Origin: Nageia nagi
Lineage: Eukaryota > Plantae > Pinophyta
Reading direction: 5' to 3'
NCBI GenBank assembly: GCA_050084985.1
Contig: JBITNC010000001.1
Location: forward strand, 121,520,001 to 121,584,000
DNA length: 64,000 nucleotides
In this document: positions 13,871-23,449 of the stretch, in pieces
Layout of the letters: the number at the start of each line of letters is the position of its first letter
How positions within the stretch are numbered: the stretch's first letter is position 1
Position numbers and translations under genes: made by a program
Notes under the pieces: generated by a model
The model's input: only the letters and a program-made list of their open reading frames with translations
What the model was told of the DNA's origin: nothing
The model's database searches: none

Positions 13871-14913
13871 TTTTCATGTCACCCACTAGAGTACCCCTTC
13901 ATTGCAAGCTAACACACCCCATTGACTTGATTCCTACTTCCCCTTTACCAAATACTCCAATCTACCACACACAAATCCTAGAAAATGAGGAAATCAAGCA
14001 GCAACTACAGGAGTTGATTCAGAAAGACAATATCAAACTGAGCTCTTTACCGTGTGGCAGTCCAATTGTCTTGGCTTCAAAGAAAGACGGGTCTTGGAGA
14101 CTTTGTATTCACTATAGGGCCTTGAACAAAATCATTATGAAAAAAACACTATTTTTCACCAAGATTGATCTCAAATCCGACTATCGTTAGGTTCCAATTG
14201 AGCTTAATGATGTTTGGAAAACAACGTTCAAATCCAAAGAGGGTTTTTTCGAGTGGTTGGTTGTACCATTTGGCTCGACCAATGCTCCAACAACCTTCAT
14301 GTGAATAATGGACAACATTTTGCACACTTCACTAATTGATTCATAGTTGTCTACTTAAATGACATCCTCATTTATAGTAGGACATGGAAGTAAGATCTGC
14401 AGCATGTTTGGAAGGTGCTCCGAACTCTCCAACAATACAAGTTGTATACCAACGTGGAGAAGTGCACCTTCGCGATGAATCAGATTCAGTATCTTGGCTA
14501 CATTGTCAATAGTATCTTGGCTACATTGTCAATGAAGTTGGTGTTCATGTTGATTTGGCCAAGATTCAAATGATTCGGAATTATCCCACCCCAAAGACTC
14601 TCATAGACAACACAAGTTGTACACTAACTTGGATAAGTGCACCTTCAAGATGAAGCAGATTTAGCATCTTGGCTACATCTTCAATGAAGTTGGTGTTCAC
14701 ATTGATTCAATCAATATTCAAACAATCTAGGATTAGCATACCCCAAAGACTCTCAAAGAGCTTCGTATCATTTTGAGTCTTGCCAATTTCTATTAGAAAT
14801 TTGTTTTGGGGTTTTCAAACTTGCTTGGCCTTTGAAACAAGTCACCAAAGGCAAAGCTAAAGCCATGTTCCATTAGGGAGATACTCAACAATGAGCATTT
14901 CAAATGTTGGATG
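13871..14913 (+). mobile_element. Ty3/gypsy reverse transcriptase fragment
   Basis: HPIDLIP..ENEEIKQQLQELI..SPIVLASKKDGSWRLCIHYRALNK..FTKIDLKSDY; then [11 protein letters not shown] and VYLNDILI; several stops. Confidence 0.92.
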
Positions 14914-17900
14914 TGTTGACATGATTTTCTTCCCCCCGTGGGAAACAACACTGCAACGGTGAGGTAACGTTACTTACCCCCACTTGAAAGGATTCTAACC
15001 TCAAGGTTTATACGTCTTCGAAGCTCTAAAGGGGCTTCTAGTGACTTTGGATGGATAATTTGGCAATTGGTTTTCTTTCGTCACAGAATGACTCATATGA
15101 GGATGTGCTTGGGGTAATTAACTCTCAATTCATTTACAGACCTCTTGGGCTTTGTCTCAACTTTTTTTGTTTCCATGATGATACTTAAAAGCAAAAGGAT
15201 ATGACGGAGGGATATAAAAAAGGGTTGGCAGTTAATTATACAATAAGTAGAAATTGCTTACCGTTGTACAAGGTTTAGGGGTTTGACTTTCGGATTTATT
15301 AGGAGCTTCTACTTGGGGTATCAAGCAAGGGAGGAAACAACTAGATCAGGATCTTTCCCAAGCAAGAGCACGGGGCGGTAGTCAAGATGGACAGTGAGAT
15401 GGGGTTGATCATTCAGTTATCCATGTCCCAGATTATTCCAATCAAATGTCATAAAAGCGAAGTAACCCAAAATACTACAACCTTATGCAAATTGTAGAAA
15501 TGGCCATTCATACATTTAAGAAAGATATTCAATTGTCTTTCCCTAAAGTGCCGAACTTTCAAAGGAAATGCTCGTAAATGCACATGTAACACAACAACAC
15601 GATTTACATGTCATATACGCATTTGCAATCCCATGGAATAAGAAACTATACTCGCATTAATAACAAAGTTTCCCAAAATGATAAATCATACATACATGCA
15701 TTGGAAACCTCAACTCCAAAAATGCTATCAAAGAAATTTGCATTCAGCTCATGAAGAACTCTTTCTAACAAAGAATATATCTTTTCATACATTGGAGAGC
15801 CTTCTATAGCATCCTATCTTTACATCCAAATTTCTATATCTATCTCTTCCTCTATCTCCAATATCTCTCTCTCCATCCAAAAAATGACCCGACTAGGGGT
15901 ACCTATAGCATACATCTGAAAACTTCATTAAATGAAGCATCACCCTAACATTAATTATAGGGTTGCCCTAAACAACCATGCAACCCTAATACCACATTGG
16001 AGAAAGTAAACCATTAGCAAAAAAAAACTGCGGTTAACGTCACATCAATATCTGATCACACCAGATCAGATCACATCGCATTGCATCAAGTCTATTTGCG
16101 GCTGTGGGAGCAAAAACTCATTCGTCACAGCGCAAATTTTAAAATAACAAATGTCTTAAAACTGATAACAATAAAATATGCATTTTTAATCATCCCTCTG
16201 TGGGACCGGTAGCTTTGGCATGAGCAGCAACAAATATGTCCTCAAGAATCCCATGAGACCTGTCATCGAAGAAAGCCCTAGCCTTGGCAAGTCCTACGGT
16301 AGCAATTCTTCATCTTTTCTGTTGTGGAAATCCAAGATGAACTGAGAAGTAGCCTCTAACTGGAATTTCCAAAAGGCTAGGTTTTGTTGATTTTCAATGT
16401 GAGTTCCAACCCTCAACAGATTCATATCCTTCATGAAGATGAGCTCTCATATGACGTTTTGAACTTCTTGGACCACGAGCTCAACTCACCTCGCACTTCT
16501 GTCCTCGTTGATGAAACTGATCGATTGCACACACTGGCTCAATTGAAAGGTTAGAGTGAATAGTAAATCGGTTCTAGCCTAGGTGAGGTTAGCGCATTCT
16601 CTTGCTGCGAACCTTAGCCAACGTAGATGATAGGCGAGCTCCTAGCAATACTATACTTGGCTTGGTTGTCCCGCAAATGCCCTTCTTATGTTTTGAATGA
16701 CATGTTCATGATTCTAGAAGTCTAGTAGTAGTTGGGAAACGACCATGATCATGTTCTCCTCTTCCTTTTGTTTTTCCATGAGGGCAACCAATAGGAGCGA
16801 AAGCTCGTTGACTACTCTCATCACAGCATTGACGTCTTGCACCTTGACGTCTTCAATGGACATCTTGGTAGCTTCTATCTCATTCACCAATTTATTTTTG
16901 CTAGCCAAGGTCTTTCTTCAACTCCTTAATCATGTTTCCCTCTCGATGCCTTGTTTGACCATCTCATCCACATTGTAATTGATGGCGTGCTTATGTCTTG
17001 CCCACCCGATTTTCTTAACCTTGAATTCCTCGGAGTGGACCCGCACGTCCTGTAAGTCTTGTAGATGCTTCTTTTTGGAATAGCATCTATCGATGGTCAC
17101 CTTGTCATTTTTCATAGACACAACGGTATCTATTTCTTCGATCACAAAGTCCTCTGAGGTATTTCCCCTCCTTTGGCTAGATTCGTCATCATCACTTCTG
17201 TAGCTCATTTGGAGATCTTTGATGATTGCATCGATGTCGAAATCATACTTCTTCTGAGTGCCAAAACTTGATGCAATATTAGCTAGAGTGGTATTTGTAT
17301 TAGCAGGGACTGGCTCTCGAAGGATCTCCTCGATTCTTACTTGTTGGCTTTCAGTTTCAACTGGTTTCTCCTTGCTTCTTGATGATCTATGGCTGCCATT
17401 TTCTCATTGCTTTCTCTTCTTCCTTTGTTCCTCATTCTCACCTTTGTCTTCTTCATCTCCTCCATCTCCAATTGTAGAAGCTTTACTTAAGTTTGAGAGC
17501 TTGCTAGGGGCTGTTTGAGGGGCTTCCTTCCTAGGGGATGACCTCCTCTTCCTTCTTGGAGTGGTGGATTCTGAAGAAGCGGCCTGCCTCACTGGTATTG
17601 ACTCAGTAGGCAAAGTCTTGTTGACCTTCTTTGTCTCGAATTTTGCTTCAATATCTATGATATAAGTATCCTCTGTGTCGGACTGCGAGTCTTTGCCATC
17701 CTCATGTTCTCTCAATTTCTCCTCCTTCTGAATTAGATTCATGTGAGCCTGAGGATTCAGAGGATGTCTTAGAATCGGAGGATGAACTAGAGTGATCAGG
17801 CTCCTCAAGTTGGTTTGTTGCGGAGTGCTTTGAGCATTACCTGAGGTTTTCACCTCAATAGGTTCAAGGAATGTGTTTTCTACATGGTCTTCAGCAAGCG

Positions 17901-19208
17901 TCAAGAAGTTTGGGAGAGCCAAGGGATTCTCAGCCCAAATAGGTACAATAGGCATCATGGGGACGTCCTTAGGGATGGCATCTTCAAGTTGTCGGAGTGG
18001 AAAGTTTGGATACCCTATCTCCTTCATGATGTCGACGTCCTTAGTAATTTCTTTAACAACGGTATGGATTTCAGGTCCAATCCTGCCCAGAGTGGCATGT
18101 TCTCCTACTCGTCCTTGGTGTCTCCTTACTCTCGAGGAGGAGGTGGATTTATCAGTTGGGACCACACATGGTTCGTTTAAGCTCTGGATTCTTCTATCAA
18201 TTCGACCTTCAACTACCAAAACTTGGTGTACTTCTTGAATTTGCTTCTCCTCCCTCTTATTCATGTACCTTTCCTTATCTCCAAGAGGTATGTGCTCATA
18301 GGTTACAAGGTTTCTAAAGGCCCCCTATAGAAAATTGGATTCTTCCTTCAGGGTCATAAATGGGAAGTTGCCTGCTCCTCACTGAAGTGGTAGTAAGACA
18401 GTTCAACGCTCATCTCCTTGGCCTCCTGCCAAGTTGAGCAAGTTTATTCCCTGATGCAAATGGGGAGATTTGTGGTAGCATTTCTCTCTTCTTAACATTT
18501 TCATACAAAAATAGTAGTTGTCTACAAAACTCCATGAGCACCAACCGATTGCTAGCATATCAGGGCAAGAGATAAGGCCTGACTTCATAACCATAGACCC
18601 GAATATATGTGTGTGTGGTGTCTTCCAAGAAGTAATTTGCATGCCCCCGCATGGCTTCAACGGCAGAATCAGATATCCTTTTCACCATCTGCCTTCCTTT
18701 TATCTCCTTGTATATCTGGTATGCCCATCCGTCATTCCTCATGGCATAATGATCCCATCTGGATTCCAGCCACTATTCGGGGTTAGCTCTCCATATAGGT
18801 TTCTTCAGGTTGTTCAGGATTTCCATGTCTAGATGGGCTGATCTCCTATTTTTGCCATGTAGGAGGAAAACAAGGTAGGAGTTCATATGGAATCTCCTCG
18901 AGGAGCTGATGTGAGCTAGTTGGAAGGACAGAGAGTCACTTATCACCTTGCTCCATCTTATCTTCTGCCTGTTTCCAATTACAGCAATAAATCCGGTGAA
19001 TTCCTTCCAGAATTTGAAGTCATCTTCTTTACCAATGACCCTGGATAGCATACTGGTGATTTTAGACATTGTAGAGTAGAAATTCTACCTCTTTGCATTT
19101 ATCAATTAATCCTGTGAATCCCTTACTCTCATTTTCTAGCCAAACTCTGATGAGATCCCTAGCTCGTTGAGATTTCTCATAATAGTCTAGAGAGTCATTT
19201 TCAATGTA
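14914..19208 (-). mobile_element. Truncated large-LTR gypsy-type element: putative 3' LTR (~14914-16232) plus internal accessory-ORF region
   Basis: TGTTGACATGATTTTCTTCCCC..CGTTAC..CCCCACTTGAAAGGA resembles the start of the 7599 solo LTR; CAACA end at 16232; adjacent long broken minus-strand ORFs at 16714-19069. Confidence 0.65.
16714..19069 (-). pseudogene. Frameshifted retrotransposon accessory ORF of unknown function
   Basis: Collinear ORF pieces 18773-19069, 18560-18742, 17404-18264, 16930-17208, 16714-16908. Hydrophobic N-terminal block (IRWSKVISDSL, FHMNSYLVF, HTYIRVYG), then a charged basic low-complexity region and a coiled-coil-like tail; no gag/pol motifs. Confidence 0.65.
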
Positions 19209-19867
19209 GACAGAATATCTAAAATACCCCTGTAATTTGATAGAATATCGAAAATACCCCTATATTTTTAATAATATCAAAAATATCCCCCTTTCCACAT
19301 GAGACGTAGATCTGCATCATTGGCATGCCCTTCCAGAAGATAAGCTCCTTCATTCACTAGTCAATCGCATCGGACTTAAATTTGACCCATCCACACACAA
19401 ATGTCTACAAAACAGAAATATCCACATGTTTGTCAACTGTGGAAGTTTGGCGGTGCCCACGATGTTTTCGACTGTATGATTGAACGAGACATGATTTCCT
19501 CAATAGGCATTGACATTGTTTCACCAAATGCAACAAACAACAGGAGAAGTTCAACCACATCAATTCACCTTTCCCATCGTTCTCAAAGTATTTGCCAAAT
19601 GGAGATTTAGAACAGTGCTTATACATAAATCAAAGACTCTTGAAAAGTGGATTTCTATCTGATATGGTTGTGACTGCCCTAGTAGATATGCATGCAAAAT
19701 GTGGAAGTATAAACAAAACACACAAAATATGTATCTGTATTTTTAGCAAGCAAAATGTGGTTTACATTCCATTTAAACAGAAGGGAAGGATATTTTTGAT
19801 ATTATTGAAATTATAGGGGTATTTTCGATATTCTGTCAAATTACAGGGTTATTTAAGATATTTTCCC
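19209..19867. mobile_element. Non-autonomous TIR element (Mutator/foldback-like) with captured gene sequence (Pack-MULE-like)
   Basis: ~80-bp terminal inverted repeats (19209-19290 vs 19783-19867) built of three ~30-bp modules (AATATC.AAAATACCCCT). The right end reads GGGAAAATATC inward. Flanks TTCAATGTA / TTTAATTTA match 7/9. Confidence 0.8.
19411..19730 (+). pseudogene. Captured PLS-class pentatricopeptide repeat (PPR) gene fragments
   Basis: Across frames: IHMFVNCGSLA, AHDVFDCMIERDMIS, QFTFPIVLKVFA, GDLEQCLYINQRLLKSGFLSDMVVTALVDMHAKCGSI. These are typical PLS-PPR motifs (ALVDMYAKCGS, A..VFD.M.ERD..SW, FTF..VLKAC). Confidence 0.88.
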
Positions 19868-20269
19868 TTTAATTTATTAGTATTCCTTCCAAATAATAAA
19901 TCATTTTAGATACCTAAATTTGGTATTTAATTAACCTCGAAAATCAAATTTAGGTGTCTATGCTTGTTGTCTTACAAATTCCGAATTCATGTAGATCTCT
20001 ACAAAGGAGACACAGGGAGAGAGGCCACACATCCCTTTTCAGAGATAGCCTCATTGTAGTCCGCTTTTGTTCTCACTTCTCTTCTCAAAGGTTCTGGCAT
20101 TTTGTACCAGCTTGCATTTTGTAATTCTATATTCATTCTTTAATTGAATACAGTCTATTTTTATTCATTGGAATAAATACTTGGCTCACCTTTTCTCTCT
20201 TCTCTTTCGATTCTGGCAAATTGTTTGCTGCTTGTATTCTTTTCCGGTGTTGTTTTGACTATCTATAGG

Positions 20270-20600
20270 ATAGTATGATAAGTAAAATGAGCCATCCCGA
20301 ATCAAAAAGGCGAAACAAATTATCTTCATAGCACTTCTATGAAGGACAGAAAGCCAATGATCAAGATCAAGGCACTAAAAGGAAGAAACATGTTTTTCAA
20401 ACATGTGACAGCCTTAAGATGTTGCTCCAACTCATACATGTTAAGCACAATGAGCTTTAGAAAAATTGATTCCTTGAGATATTTAAAGAGTACAAGTAAG
20501 AATCCATTGGAGACCATTGATTCAAATTAGTGTGGCATGTTTCACGTATTTGTAAGTAATTGAAGGATATTATGCACTGGGCTATAGAATTTGGTAACAT
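20270..20600 (+). mobile_element. Small copia remnant (pre-integrase/integrase start)
   Basis: KSTSKNPLETIDSN*CG resembles copia PLELIHSDLCGP. Confidence 0.4.
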
Positions 20601-21133
20601 TGAAACCATGATGAAGTCATGGACTGATGTCAGCATTCCCTATTTGTAATCTATGAAATTAAATCATGTATTATATCTAACCCTATGCCTCTGATGATGG
20701 GAATGCAAAGATGCATGTAGTTACAAGTTAGTTATTGCAGCATAAAACGTCGATAATTGATGCATGAAGAAGCTCTATCTAGATTAGCAAGACACATGCC
20801 TTTGCAACGACTGAAAAAGTTCTCTTGACAATTTGTCTACATTAGTAGATTCATATCCTGACATATGAACCTGACAAAATTGTCATGCGGTAATGTACAA
20901 TAAATCTGTAAACGCCTGATATCAAAACAGAAAAAGCTCTTTACTTTCTGGCTTTCTATTCTTGTGTTAAAAAAGGGAAAAAGAAACTTGCTCTATGCAG
21001 GTCCACAAATTACCCCAACCACACACCGTGCAAATATATGAATATTGCCAAGAAAAACATATAACACTAAATTATTAATAATCTTAAGAGAAAAAGGACC
21101 CTCTAGATGAAATTCACATGATATGCGCACAAC

Positions 21134-21526
21134 CTGTGAAAGCTGAGAAGCCGTTCGGTCATGCTTAAAAGCTCCTTTCAGAATACTTGACCAATTCCCT
21201 TCTCCACACTTATGAACAGCAGCAATAAGCTCTTCATCCTCCTCTGCTGTCCATAATTTTCTCTTTCTTCTTACTGGCTGGGCAGGGCTGATTAATGATG
21301 CATTTCCATCAACACCTTCTGAGGTACCTATTGTTGTCAACGGTTGCTTTTGTATTGAAACTGGCACAGTAATATTCATTCCTTGTGTAGAAATTCCTGT
21401 GTAATTATTGTTTGCACAGCTATCAGAAACACAAGTGGGGCTAGGGATGTTAATAGTCAATGGAGCTTCTACAATGGAATGGCTTGGTTGACCAGAATTG
21501 TCCGGTATCCCAGATGTCTCTAGAAC
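21134..21526 (-). CDS. DRMY1: DRMY1-like Myb protein, coding exon 4 (Myb/SANT repeat, interrupted after QLSQ)
   Basis: CAG acceptor ending 21527, GT donor 21133-21132, 393 nt. Encodes VLETSG...VEAPLTINIP...GMNITVPV...RRKRKLWTAEEDEELIAAVHKCGEGNWSSILKGAFKHDRTASQLSQ. The next exon (expected to start RW) was not found in the window. Confidence 0.95.
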
Positions 21527-23449
21527 CTGAAACAGAATTAGATAATAAAAACTGTTAATGTCGAAACTAAATGCTATAAAGTATAAACAATGTTATGTTA
21601 CAATTTGCATTGAATGAAACAATGTAAGCAAATGCCTAGTAGTGTCAAAAATATCTGAAATTCAAATCCATCAAAAATTGTAAAAAGGAAAGAAAGAAAG
21701 GCATTCTATTAATGCCCACAGGTGACCAGAAGCGGTCAATGGGACCGTGAAGTACAACTATATACAATCAGCATGTGCATGGGAGGCCCTAAAGGAACTA
21801 AGAAAATACCATACATAAGTGCAGTAGAGGAGCTAAACCCTAAAAAAGAAGAAAGCATCACTTAATCGAATAGTAGAACTGAGTAACTAATATCAATTGG
21901 GGGAGGAACTCCAACCCACTTGGGTTCCCCAAGGTCTGTGGTAATTGTGGCTGTGTCCGCGCTGCTAGAACTAAAGAAGGATGGGATCCACTAAGACTGT
22001 TGAGGCATAGGATCAACACACAATCATTGTTTGGTGCATCGGGTAGGCGGAGGAGGATCATCTCATCCTCCGACACTCTCCCTCTCTGAAGAAGCCAGAA
22101 AAAATGAGGCAATCAAGTGGTCCCCTATTGAGTGTTGGGCATTGAATAAGAGACGTTTCCTGAGAAGGAATGCCTCTTTGATATAAAGTGCCACACAACG
22201 CTAGTCCAAAAACTGGAAGAAGGTCAAAATCAAGCTATGGGAGTGTCAAAAAAGATAGTGGAATCATCCTCGAATCTCATAATAAACCGAGCACCTGAAT
22301 ATGAAATGATCTTCAATCTTTGGCTCTAATGAGCACAACCGGCAGAGTTGGAACTCACATGCTAAATGGTGATCAATCTCAATCCATAACTGATGGGAGC
22401 ACACTCTGAACTGTCCAAGCAACATCCTCAAGCCAAGAGGAAGGGGTAAACTGATGTAGCCAAGGAGGAGTATCAATCCTCTATCAATCTAAAAGAAATG
22501 GTGAGAGTAATGTAATAACTTGGGTGTGAGGGGATGGGGCACAACCCAAGTATACTTAATATATGCCCTATAAATCGTGTCTCTAATCATTGGCAAAGTG
22601 TCATTTGGATATCTATGTGGGTCTCCTTGGATATAAGTAACTAGTCATGTGAAAACCTAAAGCATTGTAATGCCTCAGTAACCTTGAAGAACCAACACCA
22701 ACAATACCCTTGTGTTGCCAAGTTCATCGATGACGCCAAAGTTCTATAGGGGAGATGATATGCATCTCCTTTAGTAGATGCGAAACTGTGGAGGCGACGG
22801 AGAAAAAGAACCAACACTTCCAAGGACCACACATGTAAAAGTTGGCGACCAAACTCAGCCAACACGATATGATATAGGACAGTCCTCTTGTTCCGAATGG
22901 AGCAAGTTAATGTGCTAATCATGGTCCTCTCTACTGTGGCCCAATATGGACTCCTCAAACTGGGGCCCCATACCTTAACACCATAAAGCATTTTGGGAGT
23001 GACCAAATTGTAGAATAACTCAAGCTTGGACGGGATGTCCTAAAATTGGAGTTGGACACATTGCCTCTCAAGGAAGGCAACTGTCGCATATTCTCGATGA
23101 ACTCTGGGTGGGGTTGCCACCCTCATCGAAAATCTAGGACCAATGAAGAGTACTCTCAAAAACATGTTTAAGGTGCAAGTCTCAATAACTTTACCATTGT
23201 ATGTGATATGAGTCTAGTCAAACATGGCCTTCGAAGTGTTGAAGACAACCACATTAGTTTTATTGAGATTTACCACTAGTTCCTGTCTATCATTGAATAA
23301 GTCTAGAGTGTCCATCAAGTGTTGTAGGCACTCTATCGTGTGAGAAAGCAAGACAATGTCGTTGACGAAGAGGAGGATGGGGACTCGACTCCCGTGAAGG
23401 AGGCACCCTATCTCAAGGACTATACTCTCTAATATAAATGACTCCAACT

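Noticed and set aside
19401-19816. Functional nested PPR gene
   Set aside because: Motifs are spread over several frames, span only ~300 bp and are enclosed by TIRs.
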